Positions 55,277 to 64,000 of a stretch of 64,000 nt of DNA are shown piece after piece. Location: assembly GCF_964204645.1 (NCBI RefSeq), contig NC_134032.1, positions 3,000,175 through 3,064,174 of the forward strand. The letters are read 5' to 3'. The position numbers and the translations under genes are program-made. Position 1 is the first letter of the stretch, and each line of letters starts with the position of its first letter. The stretch comes from Tubulanus polymorphus. Its lineage: Eukaryota > Animalia > Nemertea. The notes below the pieces were generated by a model, which was not told the DNA's origin, ran no database searches, and was given only the letters and a program-made list of their open reading frames with translations.

Positions 55277-55700
55277 CTAACGACGTATAAAATTATATTC
55301 AGTAGACTGCATATAATGACGCTGAAACTTCTCAGCCATTGTACGCAACAGTTGTCTGATTTTGTGATCTCGTTCTTGAATTTGGTTCGGATCGGAATGA
55401 CACGTGTGAAACATCGTGTGATACAAGAGCATGAACCGTTTCGCAGCATAACGTCCCGAAAAAAACGAACAAGTTAGTCCACTTAGGACTCCAGTACATT
55501 TGTACCGTGGGCAGATGCACGACACCCATCTGTGAATGTCCGGAATTCCGTTGCATCGACATCGCGCCTCTGACGGAGACTTCAAGTTTCCTGCGGCGAT
55601 CTTTTCGCTCGCGTATCGATTTATCTCCGTCACGATATTTTCTACGACTTCATTGGTAAGAAATAAGCTAAAATATGCTATTGGATTGCCGACGTGAAAA
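55277..55700 (-). mobile_element. piggyBac transposase fragment
   Basis: FSLFLTNEVVENIVTEINRYA ... RDHKIRQLLRTMAEKFQRHY, typical of the piggyBac DDD transposase N-terminal part. Confidence 0.75.
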
Positions 55701-56000
55701 AAACGTCAAATATATAAAAACTTAAACGTCGAAATTAGTATAAACGCGTATATAGATATTCTTGCATTTATTCCTGTAATATTGAAATACGTGGTTAATA
55801 CCCGTACAGTATGGTTCTATGGTTGTCCAAAAACGCTCTTTTGGTGTAAACGATTCGATACCGAACTACATTCTAGTTTCTAGTATCTCGTTGGATAGCC
55901 AAAGGGTTGATCACGGTTATAGGATCGTCATCGTTGTTTCTTCCGGACACGACGATGTCGCGCATAGAGTCGGATTTCACCAATTGCGGATTCCTGAAGT

Positions 56001-57220
56001 TTAAACATATACCTTTAACTTTACAAACGGTCTTCTCCGGACTTTTTCCGAATCAATTTCGACGCCCTCCCGAGCTCTGTAAGCCCGCGCGAATCGCTGT
56101 TTCTCGGTATCGGTTTTAACATTTTCCGGCCAGCCGCTCGCCTCGACTTTAATTTCTAAAAATTTATCGATGTATTGGGCGAACAGACCGGTCTCTTTCT
56201 CTTCCCAATTCCACACTTCGTTGACTCGGACGTTTCGATAGCCCCGTCTAATTGCCGCCATAAATTCGACGGTTACCCAAGTACCCGTGATACACCGTTC
56301 TTCATCCGGAGGCCGACATCGTTCATGCTGCTGCATCGTGTCGCAACAGGTTCTACACAACGGGAACGTCAGCTTAGAATCCGGCGAACGATACGGCAAC
56401 ACCGGCAAACACAATTCTCTTTGCGGAAGAACGACGCATCCCCGCGCCGGTATCCGCCGATGGGGATCAGACCTAATGTATTCGGTTGCAGGAATGACCG
56501 CCGAAATGCCTCGTTGCACGCGGATGCGATCGTCGCGCAGTTTTCGTAGGGGTCGACGTTGGAAATCGAAATAAATCAATCAGTTCTTGAAATTCGACGA
56601 CCGACCTTTGCAGAATATCGACGTCTGATCGACAGTACTCTTCGAGTTCCGTCGCCAAAAGGAAACGTTTCCCCGCATTTTCTATATACCAGGCCGTAAA
56701 GTTCCGTCTTTCTTTTACGTCCATACCGTCCGGGTTATAGAACCACGCGTCCCGTAACGGTCCGTCGTAGTGCATATTCTCTGGTCTACACGTAAGGGAA
56801 AAAGCCTTTTTTCAATTCGTGGAAGCCGAGCGTCTTCGGTAATTTCGCCAATTTCATCGGTAAGAAACTGAATGAATCCAAAAATGTCATTTCGAGATGT
56901 TCGACTATCATCGAAAGAATCTTACCGCCGAGCGGTATAATCGACGGGATTATACCGTTCTTGATCAGGTATTTTAATACCGTCGAACGCGATGCGTTAT
57001 GGGCGAATACGGTTGACCCCCGAGTGTCCGTAAAAACCCATCGGCAAAACTCGTCCAGCGTTTTGCATCATAACATATTTCGCCCACCGCATTCTTCGCA
57101 TTTGCTAATATCGGTGATACGATCGTGTTTGCATTTGTAGTAAAAACGATACGCCACGCAGTCTGCTACGGTGTGTACGGACGACGAGAAGTCCGTCTCA
57201 AAATCGAAAACTATCGTTTT
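56001..57220 (-). mobile_element. Polinton/Maverick protein-primed DNA polymerase B remnant
   Basis: Exonuclease motifs VFDFET, FAHNA, FLDSFSFLPMKLAKLPKTLG..KKGFFP, YCRSDVDIL; then PVLPYR..KLTFPLCRTC, GTWVTVE, LFAQYIDKFLEIKVEASGWP; frameshifted and internally deleted. Confidence 0.9.
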
Positions 57221-57869
57221 CTTGGTCACCGTCGAATTGTTCTTTTTCGATTTAAAATGTGTTGCGAGACCCGCCGATTTATTATCATTCGTCGCCGTGC
57301 GATCAACGGAGCCTGTCTTGATATAACATTCGTTGTTGATCGGTTTATAATCTTTACACGGTTTACAATATCTTTCACCGCAGTGATGAGCGTTTATTTT
57401 CTTTCGATTGACGATCTTCGAACACGAGTTAACCGTTGTTTGGCTCTAATCAATGCTTAATTAGTCACTACTTACATAATAGATCTTTGGTAGAGAGTCT
57501 AGATAATTAAAAATTCATAGCAGCAATAACAGTTCAAATCTAATTTCTAATGAGTAACATATATTTATTATAGCGAACGTTTTCGGGAGTTACATAATCC
57601 CCTCTTCAGGCATAGCGCAATTAATAATTAAGACTTATTCTATATAAATACCAGTATGATATGTAAATTCAATTACTTACATAATGTTTATTAATTTCGT
57701 CAAAGTGTTTACACTTGTATGACAATGATAATAAACTGAACAAAATTACAAATACAGATGGCGTTACGTTTTTACAATACAATATCTTAATTGATATAGA
57801 TGAGTAATTATTAAAATCATTTTGTTAGTGTAGAGAGAATCCCACAATATTAACGAAAAAGTCCGAAAA

Positions 57870-58281
57870 TGTAGTTTCGAGGTAGTAGTTTATTTCAACG
57901 TTTCGACTATATCCTAATAGTCATCTTCAGCAATAATGAGATGTATACTACAGCAATTATGAGATATATATACAATCCAGAGACAAAGAGACTGAATTCA
58001 AGTAATCAGAGATGATACAAACTATGGAAAATTAACGTAGAAACAGTTAAACGCTAAAATGGATTAAAGGGAAGCAAACCAAAAGGTAATTATAAACAAC
58101 AATAGTGAGTATAATTATAAATTGAAACTTGACATCAGTAGTAAAGAGACAAACTAAGGGGCGCTTAAATTAAAACAAAGGTGAATACAAGTTAAGAGAC
58201 TAAAATTGATGAGTGACAAATAACAAAGGATCAAAGGGGAAATCAAGTGTTGAGTTTAACCAGTTTACAGAGGAATTAGTA
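57870..58281 (-). mobile_element. Penelope-like element 3' end / pLTR
   Basis: Possible ORF tail (FPFDPLL), UTR and hammerhead; same strand as the RT at 61013-61630. Confidence 0.65.
57889..57936 (-). ncRNA. Minimal hammerhead ribozyme in a Penelope pseudo-LTR
   Basis: Minus strand reads CTGAAGA-T-GACTAT-taggat-ATAGTC-GAAACGTT, with a palindromic stem III. Confidence 0.75.
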
Positions 58282-58854
58282 TAATAGGGGTTTAGTTGTT
58301 TTAGGCCAAAGGTCGAACGGTCGAGCTCATTAAAAAACAAATATTAAAAGTAATTTAAAACTATAATATATTTTCATAGCCGTGTGCATTTTATATTATA
58401 ACTAGATATTTATTCTAAGATATTAATAATTTAAATTTTAAAAGCATATTGTATTAAATCAATTGGTCGCTCCACTTCGCTACCGCTCCGCTCCGCGACC
58501 AATTGATTTATTTACAATACAAAAATTCATATAATCAAATATATTCAAATAATAATAAATATTCTATTATTTAACTAAAATACACACGGCTATGAAAATA
58601 TATTATAGTTTTAAATTACTTTTAATATTTGTTTTTAATGAACTCGACCATTCAAACTTTAACCTAGAACAACTAAACCCCTATTACTCTTAAAATATTC
58701 ATATATATGAATAACATATAAATTGATAGATTATTCAATATAAAAGTAACGAGTAATTAACGAGCTCTTATAGAATAGATATATAGATATATTTTAAACA
58801 TATTTCAATATTTATATTTGTATGAGTTAGATTTTTAAACATAAAAAATGTGGG

Positions 58855-59168
58855 TAAAGTGTGAGTGAAATAATTCATATTTAAATCATTGAATATTTAT
58901 ATTTATATGTGTTAAATTCTTGATTTTTAAACATTAAAAGTGTGAGTGAAATAATTCATATTTAAAACAGTTAATATTTATATTTATATGTGTTAGATTC
59001 TTCTTTTTAAACATAAAAAGTGTGAGTAAAGTGTGAGTGAAATAATTCATATTTAAAACAGTGAATATTTATATTTGTATGTGTTAGATTCTTATTTTTG
59101 AACATAAAAAGTGTGAGTAAAGTGTGAGTGAAATAATTCATATTTAAAACATTGAATATTTATATTTG
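58855..59168 (+). repeat. Iteron-like 81-91 bp tandem repeats
   Basis: gtgtgagtgaaataattcatatttaaa at 58859, 58940, 59031 and 59122. Confidence 0.9.
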
Positions 59169-59169
59169 A

Positions 59170-59541
59170 ATGAGTTTTAATAAAAATTTTGTTATGAAAA
59201 TGAAGAAAGAAGAAGAACCCAACTTTAAAATCGAAATCAATCAAACCAATAAATCATTTTCACAGTTTTACATTAGAAATAATATTTCAGCAACAAATTT
59301 AGTGTCCGCCAGACATCATAAAATCGATAACATAACTATGATTAATCAAATATTATCAAATGAAACTTATTTAATTACTGAACTAGTAGATACTTTTGAT
59401 AATGGCGTTAAAAATCCTAAATTGTTCAATACAGTTTTAAATTTTAAAGGAACTTTAGATGAAAACATAATAAATATTCTTAAAACTCCTTTCAATGAAA
59501 GAAATGATGATATAATACTTTTTAAGATAACAATCATTTGA
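59170..59541 (+). CDS. Hypothetical 123-aa protein of the hairpin element
   Basis: Open for 123 codons in very AT-rich DNA; starts right after the repeats and overlaps the next ORF. Confidence 0.5.
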   Translation: MSFNKNFVMKMKKEEEPNFKIEINQTNKSFSQFYIRNNISATNLVSARHHKIDNITMINQILSNETYLITELVDTFDNGVKNPKLFNTVLNFKGTLDENIINILKTPFNERNDDIILFKITII

Positions 59542-59834
59542 TTAACTTAAGAATTGAAAAAAGACAATTATATTATTTCAATTTTGATAATAAACAAACT
59601 ATCTATAATGAAAATTCATCAAATATTGGTATTCAATGTGAATTAGATAATGAAAAATCATTTATAGATATTGCAGTTCAATGTTATTTAGATGATGAAT
59701 ATAGAAAATTCAATCCTATTGAAAAAGTGTATTGTTATTGCGGCGGCAAATATCTAAGATCACATAAATCAAAACATTATCAAACAGTTAAACATATCAA
59801 TTATGAAAAGAATAATAAATATATATTGAAATAA
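59538..59834 (+). CDS. Small protein with a CxCG..Y..K.KH..T.KH zinc-finger-like motif
   Basis: EKVYCYCGGKYLRSHKSKHYQTVKH; decayed homologue at about 44260-44405. Confidence 0.6.
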   Translation: MINLRIEKRQLYYFNFDNKQTIYNENSSNIGIQCELDNEKSFIDIAVQCYLDDEYRKFNPIEKVYCYCGGKYLRSHKSKHYQTVKHINYEKNNKYILK

Positions 59835-59996
59835 GAGTATGTTTCAAATATAAAGTAGTTAAAGCATCGAGAAATTAGTTTAATAAATAACTGTTAGGTA
59901 GTAAGTTTAATTGTTATTTGATTTGAAACTTAAAAAAGTTAAATATTTCTAAAATATTAAATATTTATCAATTTAATAATTTTTTTTCTTTAATAA

Positions 59997-60215
59997 ATGG
60001 ATGGTTTCATTCCAACTGGGAAAAGTGATTTGAAGCATTATCTTGTAGCAGGAGGATGAATATTGGCAGCATTATATTTTTACTATGAGAATATTTCAAA
60101 AGATTTGATGAATGAAAATAATAAATTGAGTAAAAAATTAAAGAAGTTAAATGGAAACAATCACAGAAATAAAAAGAATAAAAAAGTTAATTTAGAAAAT
60201 GATTTAGAGGATTAA
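59997..60215 (+). pseudogene. Small single-TM plus coiled-coil protein (one internal stop)
   Basis: MDGFIPTGKSDLKHYLVAGG*ILAALYFYYENISKDLMNEN; homologue at 44476-44696 has Leu at this stop. Confidence 0.65.
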
Positions 60216-60247
60216 AACAGCATCTTTTAATTTCATATATTTTGACT

Positions 60248-60547
60248 ATGAAAATGAGTGAAAATATATTAAACTTATTACATCTAATATATAAAAATCA
60301 ACAGAATATTAAATCAATTATTATGCTTACAGGTTTATTTTCATTCTCAGTTTATACTATAAAACAGTTGTTAGAAATTTATGATTGCTGGTAAATTAGA
60401 TACACTGAATTAATAGAAAATATAAATTATATTTCAGATAGATTGAATAATATCAAATGCTGTGAAGTACGTAATAAAAGATATAAAAATTTAAAGAGTT
60501 TAAAAACTCATAAATATATTCATGAATTTCTTGATAAATCTATTTGA
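60248..60547 (+). pseudogene. TM, coiled-coil and C2H2 zinc-finger small protein (one internal stop)
   Basis: IIMLTGLFSFSVYTI ... CEVRNKRYKNLKSLKTHKYIH; copy 1 retains CEICN and has Lys at the stop. Confidence 0.6.
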
Positions 60548-61012
60548 ATTCTAGTCAATTCTTGTTAACCAATAGCGTGACTAGAATTCAAATAGATTTA
60601 ACAAGAAATTCAATAACTTTAACTGTTAGTATCACTCTTGTATTATTTCATTGTTTCTCTTATTGAATAAGCCAACTAACTAATATCACTAACTAATTCA
60701 TAGCCGTGTGTATTTTAGTTAAATAATAGAATAATTATTATTATTTGAATATATTTGATTATATGAATTTGTGTATTGTAAATAAATCAATTGGTCGCGG
60801 AGCGGAGTGGTAGCGAAGCGGAGCGACCAATTGATTTAATACAATATGCTTTTAAAATTTAAATTATTAATATCTTAGAATAAATATTTAGTTATAATAT
60901 AAAATGCACACGGCTATGAAAAAATATTAAAGTTTCAAATTACTTTTAATATTTGTTTTTTTAATGAGCTCGACCGTTCGACCTTTGGCCTAAAACAACT
61001 AAACCCCTATTA

Positions 61013-61630
61013 CTAATATGTTACTTAGTTTATTATTGTATTTAAAGATAAGTTGTTTATTTAGTGACCGAAGAGAAACTTTAGAATTCTCGAGGAAAGG
61101 TACATACGGTACAGTGATAGGCTGTTTATCGGTAGCCGACGTCGGAGTTCTAAGGTTCTTATTTCTAAAATGGGTAGTACGAGCTGTAAGGAGAGCTTTT
61201 TTCAAGATGAAATCGGGGTAGGCAAGTTTTTTTAGAGATTGGTTAATATGTTGTATTTCATCGGGCAGAAATTAGGGGTCGCAAATTCTCAAAGCGCGAA
61301 GAAATAATCCTTGAGCTAAACCGAGTTTAATATCCGGAGAAGTAAAAGAGAAGTAATGAAGGTAGGATTCAGCGTTGGTAGGTTTCCTATAAACCGCGAA
61401 TTTCAAAAAGGATCCACTGTTAAAAATCAAAACATCCAGAAAAGGTATTTTACTATTAGATTCCCATTCATACGTAAAAGCCAGAGACGGGTAAAGGCAG
61501 TTTAAATATATAAGAAAGTTATCAACATTGAAGTCAGAGGGAACCAAAGCCAGAACATCGTCAACATATCTGAGCCAGATTTTACGGTGAATATCAGTAT
61601 AAAGAGGCAATATTTCAGTATATATCTTAG
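61013..61630 (-). mobile_element. Penelope-like reverse transcriptase (5'-truncated)
   Basis: WLRYVDDV, IPFLDVLI, VYRKPT..YLHYFS, LFLRALRIC, VPYVP; one in-frame TAA at 61272. Confidence 0.9.
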
Positions 61631-61777
61631 AAAGAATTTGACGATAATGATTTTGAGAAGTTTGCATTTGAAGAGATGAGTGATGACATAAAAGCTGTTG
61701 CATAGCGCTGTTTCTCTATTATCCTTTGCTGGTAACTAATCTGAGAAACAATTCAATTTTTTCTTTTCTATTTTAGG

Positions 61778-63307
61778 GATGAATCGGACTTGCCGATTAG
61801 AGATCAGTCAAAATTTGTTGTCTTACAATCTGCCCTGCTGCTGCTTTTCGCATCGTGCGTCATTTGTAAGGCATCAAACAGGGTCTGGCGTCGAATTTTT
61901 TGAACTCAAATCACTGTGAGAACGAAATGCACTTCATGCCATCACGCAACTGAATGGAAGAGTGAACCAACAATCCGAGGCATTCCAGTGTGTAGCATAA
62001 TGCTAAGTGCCATGATAATTTCGACTGGTAATCTAACAACCAACGTGACCCGCCTGTTCAAGTGAGTGTCACTTGAAATAGTATTTTTACATTTATTCTA
62101 ACGGGTATATGGATTCTTTCTAGAAGGCTACTTCATAATATTTTGATAGACTGTTCCCATTAGTAAAACAGCTGATAGTCTTTATCATGATTTCAGTTTA
62201 ATGAAAATTCATTGTTCCACAATAAGAACGGTTTACAGACACCAATCCCAGTATATTCACCTTGCAATAAGAAAATACTTCAATGGAAAGAGAAAGCTGC
62301 TATTGGATTCCATCGGAAATAAACCACTACTGCCGGGAAGGGATGGTCACTGCGATAGCCCAGGTCATTCAGCGAAGTATTGCTTTTACACAATAATGGA
62401 CTTGCGGCAAAATAGAATCCTTACATCAGAATTAGTGCAGGTAAATTCAATCTTCAATTTTGCAGGATTTCCATTATTTTGATTGTCATACGTAGGTTGA
62501 TCAATGCAGATGTTTTCCTACGTCGAGTCAGAACATAAGATAACATTGTTATGGTAACTTTGGTATTATTCAGCATTTGCATAGTAACTGGAGAAGCTGA
62601 CAAAACGCAAAGGAAATGAAGACATAAAACAATGGATTCAAAATATTAAAGTTCATCTGTACTTTTGTGCCTTGTCGTCAAAGCCTGGAGAATTCAATAA
62701 TATTTAGAAGAAATGGCTAGCGTGTGTTGAGCACGTTCAGAATATACACACTAACTGTAGCCACGGACCACTTGAACAAGAGAGAAAATGACTTTTTCCT
62801 GGTACGCAATTTCATGTTTCTATAATTGTACAATATGCAGAAATGCTGTAAGAAAAAAAATCAAAGGCATCTAGAATTCAATTGGACTTTTCTCTTATAG
62901 GATCTCAAGCTGCTTCTGACTTTGAAGGTATTGCCACCAAGCCGAGGCAGTTAGCACAGATCCGAAACATGTCATCCTATGGTCAGACAAGTGGAGATGA
63001 ATCATTTCATAGTGTTTCAACCATTTTTGTCCGAAGATGATTCATTTTTCTTACACAGGAATGCTCAGTCGGTGAGTATGTTGCATGTTGGTTCAGGGGG
63101 TACAGGGGAAAACTTACCTGTAGATACGCTTCCACTTTAAATTGGCGAAATCATATCGTCCTGGGTTAACATAAAATATTATTTTCCATATTACATGTGG
63201 CTATTCTTCATTACAACAAAAACAGTTCCCGTGTCCAAGCTAAAACAAAAGTGGTCAAAAAAAGTATGCTGTACACTATCCAAAGCACAAGAATGGGCAC
63301 ATTGTGA
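61778..63307 (+). mobile_element. Intron-containing DDE transposase pseudogene, probably Kolobok/T2-type
   Basis: KFVVLQSALLLLFASC..C, DGHCDSPGHSAKYCFYTIMD, HVQNIHTNCSHGPL, QTS..ESFHS..HFCPK..FSYTGM, LHYNKN motifs across GT-AG exons. Confidence 0.7.
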
Positions 63308-63864
63308 GAACGTTCATTCAAATATCCAACATCGGTGAAAGTTTGATTACTGTATACATGTACTGTAGGTTTTCATGTTGTATGAATATTTTGTAGTTCA
63401 AATGGGTATGATGCTGATTCCAATGTACAATAAACACATGAAGTTAAATGGTCAAGGACAGTCAACACCAAGATATCTCTCTTCGACCGATGTTGCACCA
63501 TAGAAGATCTGATTCTTTCATCTCGAGGAAAGTGATTCAACACGATCAAACATAACACTGTAATAGGTTTGCAGTTCATTTCATTTAGTCCTTTTTCCTT
63601 TTTAGCCAATTTGGATTTTATTGTAATTGAAACTCTGGAACTGTTAACAAGAGACAAGTAAGAAGTTGAAAAAACACAAGTTATGCTTGATTCTGATATT
63701 CAAAATTAAATTCAAATTCAAATTTATTTTATTATATTATATTTACAAAACATATCATTGGTTCATACGGTAATAAACATTAGGACAGAACGAATATTAT
63801 TATAGAATTTTCAAAAAGGCAATGAATTTCTATAACTAAATGAACATTATTTTTCTAATAACTG
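63308..63864 (-). mobile_element. Internal fragment of a family-A Helentron
   Basis: Direct match to 38125-38670. Confidence 0.8.
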
Positions 63865-64000
63865 AGTAATTAGAAGATGGCGTTTTCAGGCCAGAGTACT
63901 AGAGTACTAGACACCACTCATCACCACAAGTAATTTTTTTTTCCTACTCATCACCACAAGTAATTTGTTTTCCTTATAAATGGGAGATAGAAAAGCATTC

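Larger units (their letters stand above)
58282..61012 (+). mobile_element. Unclassified AT-rich hairpin-ended element, copy 2
   Basis: ~315-bp TIRs (58282-58595 / 60697-61012); left end folds as a ~405-bp hairpin; tandem repeats followed by four small ORFs. Confidence 0.85.

Noticed and set aside
59997-60547. Alternative genetic code (TGA=Trp) or organellar insertion for the AT-rich element
   Set aside because: Stops align with Leu or Lys codons in the other copy, include TAA, and differ between copies, so they are decay; no mitochondrial genes recognised

Overview
AT-rich eukaryotic DNA from an invertebrate animal, most consistent with a marine lophotrochozoan judging from the GPCR family and transposon types. 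The window is mostly a nest of degenerate mobile elements. Host-like genes are one intact intronless rhodopsin-family GPCR (39562-40512, -), an inverted pseudogene paralogue (5432-6393, +), and exons of a minus-strand mucin-stalk/PAN-apple-like gene (8575-19172). Recognisable elements include non-autonomous Helentrons (nested and head-to-tail), CACTA/EnSpm-like TIR elements, an IS3EU-type MITE, and a 9.8-kb Foldback/MULE-like element with a perfect 9-bp TSD. There are also remnants of Gypsy, LINE, Penelope (with a hammerhead ribozyme), piggyBac, Polinton pPolB, a Kolobok-like transposase and a tyrosine recombinase. The least explained object is an extremely AT-rich element present in two diverged copies (58282-61012 and 43436-45440). 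It has fold-back hairpin ends, iteron-like tandem repeats and a compact row of tiny zinc-finger and membrane ORFs, but no transposase or replicase; the 58282-61012 copy also has GCGNAGC mini-hairpin clusters at the hairpin apex. It resembles an integrated satellite, linear-plasmid or virus-like mini-replicon. All family calls come from motif recognition by eye; no database searches were run.
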